Positions 1-11,833 of a DNA stretch of 64,000 nucleotides are shown here, one piece after another. Below the pieces are notes generated by a model, which made no database searches, was not told where the DNA came from, and saw only the letters and a list, made by a program, of their open reading frames with translations. The stretch lies in the NCBI RefSeq assembly GCF_018350175.1, contig NC_058368.1, positions 112,904,001-112,968,000 on the forward strand. Reading direction: 5' to 3'. Numbering within the stretch: position 1 is the first letter of the stretch; each line of letters opens with the position of its first letter. Source of the stretch: Felis catus. Taxonomy: Eukaryota. The translations under genes were made by a program, and so were the position numbers.

Positions 1-696
1 AAATGAAATTTAACAAACAGAAGTAACGTTCGTTCTGGCCAAGTTGGCTTAAAATCCTGTTTTGTTCACGGAGTTCAAAGGTGAGGCAAACTCCAAACTC
101 TTTACTGGGGCTGCTGGTGGAATTCTCAACTACGTGATGCACACAAGAACAGTGAAATAGCTCTGCAGATCTGCGCACCCCTCCTCTAAATGCTTGACAG
201 GAGAAAACCCAGATGTGCAGTTTCTGAGACATAGAGGTGGTATCACGTTTGGATGAAATGTTTAAGAGCCGTATTTTGTGGGGAGTGAAAGGTGGTTCTT
301 TAGAAGATGTGATACCCTCTGTAGTCATGGTCTGGCTTTGCTGGCATTATAAGGTAGGAGTACAACATTCAGACCTATTTATGAATAACCTGGAGGAAAA
401 TATCTTCTCATGCTTTTTTTTTTTTTCAGCAGAAACTTCTAAATTGATGATGAAAGGGACTGTTACTAGGCTCTGGTCAGAATGTTGCCTGGGACCCACA
501 AAAGCAAGGGTATTTTCTGATGGTTTATAGAGCTGAGAGAAAAGAACTTCCAAGATGTCAGTGCAAGCTAGGCTCTGTTCCATAGGGAGGGAAGTAGTTA
601 TTGCAAAAATCCGTTATTTAGTAAGAAAACTATGTTGAAACAGATAAAATAGGGAGCAAGACATTATCAATGTTACGGTCGTAGGTAGAGATTGTC

Positions 697-954
697 TTTT
701 TTTTAATTTATTTTTTTTTAATTTACATCCAAATTAGTTAGCATATAGTGCAACAATGATTTCTCACTCATATGAGGACTTTAAGAGAGAAAACAGATGA
801 ACATAAAGGAAGGGAAACAAAAATAATATAAAAACAGGGAGGGGGACAAAACGTAAGAGTCTCTTAAATATGGAGAACAAACAGTGTTACTGGAGGGGTT
901 GTTGCAGGGGGGATGGGCTAAATGGGTAAGGGGCATTAAGGAATCTACTCCTGA
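697..954 (-). mobile_element. Short 5'-inverted (twin-primed) felid L1 3' end
   Basis: Poly(T) plus antisense L1 terminus (697-763), then the adjoining L1 3'UTR segment in sense orientation (764-954); approximate TSD GAGATT(TT)GTCTTTT on both sides. Confidence 0.8.
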
Positions 955-1042
955 GATTTTGTCTTTTGATCTTTCTTTAAAAGCATTATATATTTTTTCT
1001 ATTTATTTTTCTATTATATTTGTTTATTTATTATGATCTTCC

Positions 1043-1250
1043 TTTTTTAGTGTTTATATTTATAATTGAGAGAGAGAGAGAGAGAGAGAGCAGGGGAGGG
1101 GCAGAGAGAGAGGGAGACACAGAATCTTAAGCAGACTCCAGGCTCTGAATTGTCAGCATAGAGCCCAACATGGGGCTCGAACCCATGAAACATGAGATCA
1201 TGACCTGAGCCGAAGTCAGACGCTCAACTGACCAAGCTACCCAGGCGCCC
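1043..1250 (-). mobile_element. Can-SINE
   Basis: Poly(T), (GA)n, reverse-complement tRNA-derived head ending CCAGGCGCCC; TSD ATTATGATCTT. Confidence 0.95.
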
Positions 1251-2454
1251 ATATTATGATCTTTTGTTAACACCATAATAGACTTTTCTTTCACCTTAAG
1301 TTTGTTGTATTAATTGTGAGAGAATTGCTTTAAAATTTGGTCAGTATCTGGTTAGTATACATTGCGAATGTTTTGTTTTTTTTTTTCTAGAGGACAGAGA
1401 AAATTTTGTTTTCAGTTCTTATAAACTGCATTTTAAAAGAAAAAATGGTTTGTGTGTTTCTTATAGAGTTCTTTGAGTACTTCTTTTGATTTCTCTCCCT
1501 ACTCATACCCTGCCTCTTCCCTTCTCTTATTTTCTCTGATTACTATCCTCCCATAGAATTTGCAGGACAAAATAACTCTGCAATTACATGTTGTAACTGC
1601 TCAATAATTGCAAGCACAGTGCTTGAATGCTTCACACAATGGGATGGTACAAAAACAGGACCCCTTCAGATAATCTCTGCTGGAGATATTTATTATCAGA
1701 CAGATGTGAATACAGTCATCTGGAAAGTTTATAAATTAATTCAAAGGATGTTGAGTGAGAGCGGCCTAAGTCTCATGGTCCACAAATCCGCAAGCAAATG
1801 AGAATGATAAAATACAAAACACACGGAGGCAGCATTTGATTGATGCTGACATGAAAGAAGGTTTGGGGGAAGGAGGCTGAAGGGCACCGGGTAAGGCCAA
1901 GTCTTGTTGGGCAATCCGACTACTAAGAACTAGGAGGGAGTAAACAGCCTACTCAATTAAGGGCTGGTGGAAACCAATCAGCTGCTGTCTGAGCACATTT
2001 GCAAAGGCAGTCATAAAACAATAGAGATGTGTAGAGAGAGGGGCATGGATTTTCTAGTAGGAGAAACAACAAGAAAAAGAGAGATGACAGTTGGCAAATA
2101 TTTTCCTGCAAACGTGTTCTTTGAGACTAATGGATAATGTGTTAGTCTTGCTAAAGCTGAGGTCTAGGTGAATGTTATTTTCCTCACATAATGAGGTGCC
2201 TTAAAAGATGTGACTGAAAAACAAATGTCACTAAGACAAGAACTTGAAAAACTTGAGGTGGGAAAGACTTCAGAAACAAGTTCTCTACATTTTCTTGAAA
2301 ATCTCCTAAATTAAGTAGTAATTACAATAAGGCCACGATATCGTATATTTAGAATGACTATAGGTCAAGGAAATTTTCCACTGTGAGGGACAGGAAAGGA
2401 AATGAAGAAAAATAAACAAAGCCTAAGGAGACCTATGGCAGAATCTATGAAAGG

Positions 2455-3310
2455 AGACACCCTACAAACATATGCTATCTGCTACAGACAAACATCAGAT
2501 TCATAAGTATAAATAGGTTGAAAGTAAAAGGATGGAAAAAAGATATACCATGAAAGCAGTAACCACAATAGAACTAGAATGGCTATACTAATATCAGAAA
2601 AAAAGAAAGAAAAAACACACTTTCATACAAAAATTGTTAGTAGAGACAAGGAGGACACTTTACAAATGGTAGAAGAATCAATGCATCAAGAAGATGTAAT
2701 CCTTATGAACATATATGCACATAACAACAGAGCCCCATGAAGCAAAAGTGAATAGAATTGAAGGGAGAAATAGAGAAATATTGAAGACTTCAATACCTCA
2801 TTTCAATAATGGATAGAATAACTACACAGAAGACCAACAAGGAAACGTATGACTTGAACAACACTATAAAGCAACTGGACCTCGCAGGTGTCCATAGAAC
2901 ACTCTACCCAGTGGTAACAGAAAACACATTCTGATGGAGCGCCCATGGTGCTTCTCCAGAGCACTGGAGCACATTGCTCCTCAATAACCAGTGGGTTATT
3001 GAGTGATTAAGCAACATACTCCTCAACAACCAGTGGGTCAAAGAAAAAATGAAATTAGACAATACTTTGAGATGAATACAAAGGAAAACTACAACACACC
3101 AAAACTTACAGGATGCAGCTAAAGCAGTATTTAGGAGGGGATTTGTAGCTGTTGATGACTATATTAAAAAAAATAGAATAAAGATCTCAAATCAGTAACC
3201 TTACCTTTCATCCTCAGAAACTAGAAAATGAGGAACAAATGTTAAACCCAAAGCAACAAGGATGACAGTAATGAAGATTGAAACAGAAACAGATTAAATG
3301 GCAAATCAAA
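2455..3310 (+). mobile_element. Old L1 (L1M-type) ORF2 endonuclease-region fragment, degenerate, with internal deletion
   Basis: Recognisable L1 ORF2 5' sequence (AAAGTAAAAGGATGGAAAAAGATATACCATG; AAGATCTCAAATCAGTAACC) colinear with the L1 at 50150-51100; no intact frame. Confidence 0.8.
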
Positions 3311-4709
3311 ACACACTATAGGAAGTGATGCATTAAACACAGTGGAGGGTCTTTGTGTTCTGGTCACTGTGCTGGGTATAGCTAATAGCATGTCTGTCTC
3401 ATCTCCTTGACTGTGGGTTCCTTACAGGAAAGAGTTTGAGTGAAGTGCCTTTGTGGTCTCTACAGTGCTTGGTGGGTAGCCCTCAATGACATTGGTTGAA
3501 TGTGGCCCAAGCGACTGAATAACTAGTACCATCGGCATGCCACACTTCCATTCACAACACTCAGAGGTGCCTACACTCAGTTATGGCTCTTTGGGTCATA
3601 ATGGCAATAGCTAGAAACTATTGAATAGTTTCTATGCGCCGGGCTCTACTTGTCACTCAGGTTCACAGTAATTTTTCAAAAGGTAGGAGTTATCAGCCCT
3701 TTTATAAAGGAGGAAGCTGAACGTTGAGTTACTGTAGGGCACACATAATAATGTACTTTTGAGATGAGTTTTGAACTGAAGCCTGCAGGACTCCTCCCAC
3801 CACACCCTGGTGCACTAAAGTTAAAGCCTCACTTGCACTTGGAAAGACCGTTTTGTGAAAACACTGTAATAAGGAATTCATGTCCCCAATGTGTTGAATT
3901 AAATGACCTCTGAAAACAGCTGACCAGGTAGGCACAGCTGTCCAAGAGGGATGCCTGGGAATGTCCTTTTACAGCAGCTGCTGTCTTTCATGGACAGTGA
4001 GCTTTCAGATCTCAATGCTGAGAGCTATGAAGACCTTCTCAAATTGATTTTTTTTCCCTAGAATGGCTCTTGTACCCTTTAGAAACCCAAGCTTATTTTT
4101 TGATTGAACTAGACTCTAGTAATTCCAGACTAAATGGATTTCAGAAGATCTGAAAGGCTGAACTATTTGAAAAATATGCAGCCTACATGTGGCCACAGAG
4201 GGAATCTTCCTCTTAAGCCAACTGCACTCCAAATATTGAAATGTCATTTTCACAGCTAATACAGTTTTTCCAGATGGATTATTTTTCAGAATTGGTTGAC
4301 ATTAGCAGAAATATAAGTTCTTGTTATTAAAAAAAAACCACATTTCTTTGGGTTTGAAATGAACAGGTTTTAGGAAGAATATTCTGTGAGTGGAAATGTG
4401 AATTAAAATATCTCCAATGTAATTTTTCCCTGATGTAGTTTTCCCCAGGGATGTTATCAGCAATGCACTGAGATTCTGTTGAATAAGGAAAGGAGCTACC
4501 TTATAATGCTTAGTAATCTCCCCAGGGTTAATCCCATAAGGGACAGTCAGTACATTCATTTTGGCCACAGTATATGATAGTCATCTGAAGTAAGCAACCT
4601 TTCTACACAGAAGGCAAATTTGATAGCTAATTCTGGACTTTATCTTAGTGAGCTCTCATATTGTGGGGCTCTACAATCTAATTATCAAGTGTCCATGTTG
4701 CAAAGTTTC

Positions 4710-5090
4710 ATTTTTAACTTCTTAATCAAGGCATGTCATGTATATGGTTAGGTGTATAAATCTTCAGTGGGCAACTCAATAAATACTTACAAATGAATCT
4801 ATCTGTGGAGCCACCATCGAGATCAAGATGTAGAACATTCCCAGCACCCCTGAAATCAGCTTCTTTGTGCTCATTTTTAGCCAACCACCTCTTCAGAGGT
4901 CACCATATTCTAACTTCTATTACTAGATATTTATTTTGCAATTACTTGAGCTTTGTAACCATGGAGCCAGGCAGTATATACTCTTTTGTTTCTGGTTTCT
5001 TTTGTTCAGTATCATTTCTGTGAGGTTCATCCCTGTTGCCTGTAGTGGTTCACCCTTTTCTGTTCTGTGTACTATTCCATCATACCACGT
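4710..5090 (-). mobile_element. Old L1 3'UTR fragment
   Basis: Motifs typical of antisense L1M 3' ends (GTAGAACATTCCCAGCACCCC; TCTGGTTTCTTTTGTTCAGTATCAT); boundaries approximate. Confidence 0.55.
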
Positions 5091-5133
5091 GTCCTTTTAA
5101 GGATCGTTGCCAGACGACCATAAATTCACTTAC

Positions 5134-5160
5134 TGTGGTATGCAAAGAACCTGTGTATCA
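5134..5160 (-). other. Candidate 27-nt microexon
   Basis: Minus strand reads TTATCTTCTTCTTGCAG|TGATACACAGGTTCTTTGCATACCACA|GTAAGT: strong acceptor and donor, length a multiple of 3. Confidence 0.4.
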
Positions 5161-6789
5161 CTGCAAGAAGAAGATAACTTAAATAGAAAATATCATATGA
5201 TCGGATACCCTCCTATCCAGAGAGAACTGCCATCATCTATCCAGAAAATGCTCATCTCACATAGGTGGACAGTCAGCCCTTTGTAGGGTCCAGGCAATGT
5301 CACACATCAGACAGCTGCCTGCACAATGGTTTGCAGAATTTGGGGCTTCCTAATAGGAGGTGGTAGTGTTAATTGATGAGCATGGAAGAAAATATTACCT
5401 GTCGGATTCAAAATCAGTAAATCCTATTTAATAATATAAATACCATGACATTTTCAAGAAGAGGGAGTTACTGGGGGCGGTACACCTGGGACAGGCGTTG
5501 ATGATACTGAAGCCTGAATCACGATGGCACCCAGTACAGAGAGCTACATGACGCGTGTAAGGACTATGGAGAAAGCAGCTCTACAAGGCAGTGCTCACCA
5601 CGGACACAAGAGAGAGGTACAGAGTAAGACAGGCGAGGAGCTTTCATGGAATAGAACCTGAGACTAAGGGTGATTTTATGTAGAAATACAATAGTGCTGA
5701 GTATCTAAGACATATCACAGTCACAGGAGGGTGGAGGTGAATAGAGAAAGAGGAGCATAGATCATCTTCTAGCATTTAGGGCTGTTTTACGATCTTGTGG
5801 GGGGTTGGTGAGACATGCTGGGGTCAATTCAGCATAAAGTATTCAAAGGTCCAGCCCTTAGTGCATGGCCAACCGTCCAAATTGTCATGATAACTAGAAG
5901 CAGGGGCGCATTTGATAGACTAGTAAGAAAGAAGAACGTTAGAGGATTTGTGCATTATGAAAGGAAGAGTGTGATGCAATAGCATGATGTTGTTTACTCA
6001 CGCCTTTCATCCCAATATTATCAATAAAATAAATGTTTATCGATAAAATACTGTTTATTGTTCATTCATTCATTCATTCATTCAGCTGCTTTTGTTGAGC
6101 TCCTACCACGTGCCAGGATATGGGAAGAGACTGCCAGGCAACCATTGCCCATGGTCAATAGCAGCACCCAAATCAGCATCTTAGCCGTTTTCCAAGGACA
6201 TTTTATCCCACGGGTGTTTTTGCTGCCTCTACTTTCAAGTCTGTGTCTACATTCACAGCGTTCTTTTTGCCTTTGACATTTGCACTTCTTGACTCAGTGC
6301 TTTAGTAACTCTCCATGCCCTTTAGATATCCTGCAGCTAATAACTATGCTGCTGGCTTAGGAACAAAAATGAACCTGGAGTTGGGAACTCCTGGAGAACT
6401 ATGAACCAAAAGCTCCTATATCCTGACTCTGCATTTTTTGAGCATGGTTTATAAAGGAACGGCCTCGGGGTTTGCTTAAGTGTTGAGGGAGGAGAAAAGG
6501 AGGCATCCGCCTGAACACTGGGGTGTCTGTAATGAAGCCCTTCGCTATCAGAGACCCCTATTACAAGAGAGGAGTTTGGTTTTCTCAGATGGCCTGAGAA
6601 ACTTTTACCTATTCTTCACGTTGCCTGATGCCATTAAGAGGCCTAATTCTGAGGCTGCATTGGGCTCCTTATGCATGAGAATGAGGACCCGAGGAGGAGA
6701 ACAATAGAGAAAACGGATCAAGAAAACAAATCTGGAAGGAAAGTATTTGACCCTAGCTGAGGTTACGGTATTACAGCATGCCTGCTGTT

Positions 6790-7020
6790 TGTTGAGCACT
6801 TACTATCAGACCCCATGCTCCTCCCAAGCATGCACTATCTCAGTTAAGCTTCCTGACAGTCCCACGGGCACCTACTGTTAATTTTATCGTATTAAAGAAG
6901 AGGAGACTGAAGATCAGATACTTTCTCTAGATCACAGAGCTGGTAAGCAGCAGGTCTGGGATTTGAACTGTGGCCCAAGTGACCCCAGAAACTGTGATTT
7001 TAACCAGGTGGCATGCTGCC
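6790..7020. mobile_element. MIR SINE remnant
   Basis: TTGAGCACTTACTAT...GAGGAGACTGAAG...GATCACAGAGCTGGTAAG...GGGATTTGAAC, the MIR core pattern. Confidence 0.7.
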
Positions 7021-7477
7021 CCTCCCCCCTCTCTCTGGTTGAGACAAAGGAAGAGGTAAACGATAGAGTGGTTTTCACTGGGAGATGAAGATGCTCAGAG
7101 GCAGGGGTACCTGCAGGTCCAGAGATGGAGAAACAAAGGGACAGGTCCTCAGCTTTTATGAGACCAAGTTCTCCACCAACCTGAGAATGCCCCAGTGCAC
7201 TGGTAGCTCTGTACTTGGGGCATATCGCTGCTAAACCTGGATACGTCCTCAGAAGGACCCTTGATTTTCTCCTGTTTATTCATCAACCGCTCTGAAGCTA
7301 AACAAAGACCTTCCTTCACTACTGGAAAAGCTCATGAAACTTCCAGGAGCTCCCTCATTTGAGACGTCTCATCTGCCGCTCACCATACCGCTGTGAATTA
7401 CCGACTACCATGTAATCACTCTGTTTTCACAGACAAGGAGCTTGAGTCACAGGACACCCCTTAGAAGCTGGACGGCT

Positions 7478-7710
7478 GGCTGGCTCCCTGCCCCATCCCA
7501 GTCCCTCTAGGCTGGCTCCCTGCCCCATCCCAGTCCCTCTAGGCTGGCTCCCTGCCCCATCCCAGTCCCTCTAGGCTGGCTCCCTGCCCTATCCCAGTCC
7601 CTCTAGGCTGGCTCCCTGCCCCATCCCATTCCCTCTAGGCTGGCTCCCTGCCCCATCCCAGTCCCTCTAGGCTGGCTCCCTGCCCCATCCCAGTCCCTCT
7701 AGGCTGGCTC
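7478..7710. repeat. Minisatellite, 32-bp unit GGCTGGCTCCCTGCCCCATCCCAGTCCCTCTA, ~7.3 copies
   Basis: Units start at 7478, 7510, 7542, 7574, 7606, 7638 and 7670, with a partial unit at 7702; only two substitutions seen. Confidence 0.97.
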
Positions 7711-7861
7711 GCTTGTTTGAGCTTCCGTCTGTGTAACTCTAGACCAAAGAGCCAGAGCCAATTCCTGTCTGAATGTAAATCAAATTCCAGAAGGTTCACA
7801 GGATTTTTTTATTCTTTCCTTTTCTTGGTTTCTTTCTCTTCTCCTCCTCCACCCTTCTCTC

Positions 7862-7863
<2 letters not shown>

Positions 7864-7912
<49 letters not shown>
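7864..7912. repeat. (CT)n microsatellite
   Basis: Perfect CT dinucleotide run. Confidence 0.95.
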
Positions 7913-7916
<4 letters not shown>

Positions 7917-8329
7917 GTTCTTAAGGAAACAAATGTATGTATTCAGTCACTGGAGTCCTTCCTCCTCTAGAGCCAGCTCCACAGCTGTTTCTGGGAGTTG
8001 AGTGAGCGGCAGCTCTCCTGGACCCACTGAAGCCTCTGGGACGGACAGGGCTGTGAGGAGCCCCCTCAGTGATTCTAGAATCGTAAAGAAGAACTTCACA
8101 CCTTTGACAACTGGCTCCAACCATGTGAGCTGGGCTCCAGGTACGTCCTATCTCCTCATAAGCACGAATTCGTTATTAGGCAGGTGTTATGCTGTGTGCC
8201 AGGGATTTATAGTTAGGGTCTGTTCTTATCTTCACGGAGATCATAGCTAAGGTGAGTGAGGTGTATGTGAGGGATAAACATGTTAACAAACTACCCATAA
8301 TACGTTACAATTAAGCATGAAACCAGCAG

Positions 8330-8527
8330 TGGCTGGGTGGCTCAGTTGGTTAAGCGACTGGCTCTTGGTTTCTGCTCAGACCTCACGGTTTCGTGGGTTT
8401 GAGCTTCGCATCAGGGTTTTGTGCTGCCAGTGTGGAGCCTGCTTGGGACTGTCTCTCTCCCTCTCTCTCTCTCTGCCCCTCCTCCGCTCATGCTGTTTCT
8501 GTCTCTCTCAAAATAAATAAACTTAAA
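8330..8527 (+). mobile_element. Can-SINE
   Basis: GGGTGGCTCAGTTGGTTAAG head, (CT)n, AATAAA tail; TSD GCATGAAACCA. Confidence 0.92.
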
Positions 8528-9064
8528 GGCATGAAACCAACTGCATAAATAATGTGCTGCAGGATTGATGAGGAAGAAGGAGTCAGTTGTGCTTTTGGGT
8601 AAGGAGAAGGAGCGAGGCTGGTTGGAAGTGGGCTTTGGGACTTGAGGAGCGTTTGTATCAGGCATCATAAACAAACTGAGAAAACATTCTGTGGCTTTCA
8701 TTGCTTCCTGAAAGCATTATTCATTTACGTGTTGACTCAGTAAACATTTGCTGCCTGGGCCAGGCCCTGGCTAGTCCCTGAGGATGCAGGAATGAGCAAG
8801 AACGTCCATCTCCCTGCCCTGTGGAAGATGAAAGTCTCACGGAGAGGGACAAAAGCCAATCGGCTCCTTACCCAGTGATTTATTTGCTAACAGTCATGAG
8901 AAGTACAAGTTGAAGGGTGCCTCGAAAGGGGTCTGAACTTGTCTCTAGGAAGTGAGAGGCCGTTAGGATAGGCTCTTTTAAGGAAGGGATGTTTTAAGTT
9001 GGGATGCAGAAGATGATTAGGATTTAGTTAAGGGAACAGGATAAGCATCCCTGACATAGGGAGT

Positions 9065-9465
9065 TGTTACGGGCTGAATTGTGTACCCCTGAAATTCCTT
9101 TGTTGAAGGCTTAAGCCCCCAGTACCTCAGAATGTGGCTGTGTTTGGACATAGGGCCTCTATAGGAGTGATTAGGTTAAAATGAAGCTGTTGGAGCGAGC
9201 GCTGATTTCATTTGACTGGTGTCATCACGAGAGAAAATTAGGATATACGGACAGATAGCAGGCTTGCAGGTGCACAGAGGGAAGACCATGAGACCACACA
9301 GCAAGAAGACGGCCATTTGCAAGCCAAGGAGAGGCCTAAAAGGAAATAAACTCTGCTCACACCTTGATCTTGGACTTCTAGCCTCCAGAACTGCGAGACA
9401 ATACATTTCTGTTGTTTAAGCCACCCAGTGTGTGGTATTTTGTTATGGCTGTCCTAACAAGTACA
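9065..9465 (+). mobile_element. MaLR (MLT1-type) solo LTR
   Basis: TG...CA ends; GGCTGAATTGTGTACCCC start; CACCTTGATCTTGGACTTCTAGCCTCCAGAACTG and TTTAAGCCACCCAG motifs. Confidence 0.85.
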
Positions 9466-9508
9466 CAGTGGCATAGCGTGCTGAGACCCTTGGGTATGGA
9501 GGTGCTAT

Positions 9509-9813
9509 TGCGGTAGGGTCCCCATCTAAGGAAAGAGAAAAATAACCTCAAGGCAACCTTGCTCTTCGCTTACTCGACAACATCCCTCACGACCTTGTAC
9601 CATGAGACCACTTAATCAGACTACATGTTTGGATGTTACCGTATATGGGAGACAAAGAAGGAAAAAAAATACATTAAAAAACTAGGCCACGTGGCGTTCG
9701 GGGCTCAGTTCTTCGGCTAAGAACCCAACGGAGCGGTGTCGGCAGGAATGAAGTTGCTTCCTGGAAAGAAAAGCCTCGGTGTCATGACTCTTCTGTGGCA
9801 GGATCCTGCTACG
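9509..9813 (+). mobile_element. ERV solo LTR (ERV1-like, probably carnivore-specific)
   Basis: Imperfect terminal inverted repeats TGCGGTAGGGTCC / GGATCCTGCTACG, flanked by TSD CTAT (or GCTAT); TTCGGGGCTC R-region-like motif. Confidence 0.65.
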
Positions 9814-10265
9814 CTATGGTTGCGTACTGGAGAGGTGGCAGGTGTGGCTGGTGCCACTCTTGCTGTTTGACCCGGTTAAGTCTATCCCCTGTCCCTGAAA
9901 GTAGGTGTTCTCTCCCGGAAGACAAAGGTCCTGGGCTGATGGACATCCTTGAGGTTCCTCCTGTGTCTGTGATGCTGTATGTTCAATGCATTGAAACTTT
10001 ATAATCCCAGAGCACTAGGGAGTAAATGGACAAAGTGATTATTTGCAAATAATTCAAAAAAGCTCACAACACTTTGAAAAAAATTCTTTTTTGCCCCCCT
10101 AGTTTAAATGTATAATTGACAAATAAAAATAAATACATTTAAAGTGTACAGTATGATGATTTGATACACATATACTTTGTGAGATGATTACCACAGTCAG
10201 GTTAATGATTATAGCCATCATCTCACATAGTTACATTTTGTGTGTGTGTTAAAAACGCTTAAGAT

Positions 10266-10705
10266 GGGGCACCTGGGTGGTTGAGTGTCCAACTTTAGCT
10301 CAAGTCAAGATTTCATGGTTTGTGAGTTTGAGCCCTACATTGGGCTCTGTGCTGCTGACAGCTCAGAGCCTGGAGCCTGCTTCAGATTCTGTGTCTCTTT
10401 CTGTCTGCTCCTCCCCCACTCATGCTCTGTCTCTCAAAATAAAAATAGGGGCGCCTGGGTGGCTCAGTCAGCTAAGCGTCTGACTTTGGCTCAGGTCATG
10501 ATCTCAGTTTGTGGGTTCGAGCCCCGCATCGGGCTCTGTGCTGACAGCTTAGAGCCTGGAGCCTGCTTCGAATTCTCCCTCTCTGTTCCTCCCCCACTCA
10601 TGCTCTGTCTCTCTGTCTCTCTCTCTCTCCTTCAAAAATAAATAAAAACATTAATAAAAAAATAAAAATAAACATTAAAAAAAATTTTAATTACAAAAAA
10701 TAAAT
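10266..10705 (+). mobile_element. Two Can-SINEs, the second (from 10448) inserted in the A-tail of the first
   Basis: Two GGGGC(A/G)CCTGGGTGG heads; inner TSD AAAATAAAAATA; outer TSD approximately AAAC(G/A)CT(T/G)AAGAT. Confidence 0.9.
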
Positions 10706-11039
10706 ACAAACACTGAAGATCTACTGTCTTAGCAAATTACGCTATTATTAACCATAGTTACCATGCTGTACATTATTTTCCCAGAACTTACTCATTTTAT
10801 AACTGAAGGCTTGTATCCATTCACCAAAATCTCTCCATTTTCCCCAACCTGCAACCCCTGGTATTGTTCTATTCTCTACTCTCTGTGAACTTGGCATTTC
10901 TTTTCCTTTATTTTACACATGTAAGTGAGATCATGCAATATTTGTTTTTCTCTGTCTGGCTTATTTCATTTAGCATAATGTCCTCTAAAGCTCATCTATT
11001 TTTTTGCAAGTGCCGATCATGGCTAAAAAATATCCCATC

Positions 11040-11103
11040 ATATATATCTATATAGATATATATATGTATATATGTACACATATATGATGGAATACTGTTC
11101 ACC

Positions 11104-11162
<59 letters not shown>

Positions 11163-11185
11163 TATATATCAGTATATATAGGCAT
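11040..11185. repeat. Compound (TA)n(CA)n microsatellite
   Basis: TA and CA runs inside the L1. Confidence 0.9.
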
Positions 11186-11620
11186 CTATATGTATGAGAG
11201 TATACGTATGCCACATCTTCTTTATCCATTCACCCATCTATAGACACTTAAGGTTTTTTCCATATCTTGGCTATTGTGAATAATGTTGCAGTGAACATTG
11301 GAGTGCACATATCTCTTTGAGATATTGTTTTTCATTTTCTTTAGAAATACACCCAGAAGTGGGATTGGTAGTTCTGTTTTTAATTTTTTGAGGAAGCTCC
11401 ATATTGTTTTCCAGAAAGGCTGAACCAATTTACTTTCATATCAACATTGCAAAAGGTTTCCCTTTTCTCCACCTCCTTGAAAAGATTTATCTCTTGTCTT
11501 TTTCCTAAAAGCCATCCTAAGGAGTATGAGCTGTTAGCTCCTGGGGGTTTTGATTTGCATTTCCCTGGTGATTAGTGATGTTGAGTACCTTTTTATGTAC
11601 CTATTGGCCATTTGTATGTC

Positions 11621-11833
11621 TTTTTTTTTAAATGTTTATTTATTTTGAGAGAGAGAGAAAACACATGAGTGGGGGAGGAGCAGAGAGAGGGCAAGAGGGT
11701 GAGAATCCCAAGCAGGTTCCCTGCTCTCAGTGTAGAGCCCAACATGGGGCCCGATCCCATGAACCGTGAGATCATGACCTGAGTCAAAATCAAGAGTCAG
11801 ACACATAAGTGACTGAGCCACTCAGGCACCCCC
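11621..11833 (-). mobile_element. Can-SINE
   Basis: Poly(T), (GA)n, reverse head; TSD CCATTTGTATGTC. Confidence 0.93.

Noticed and set aside
7478..7710. CRISPR-like array of 32-bp repeats
   Set aside because: The units are head-to-tail with no spacers, in a mammalian context with no cas genes; it is a minisatellite.
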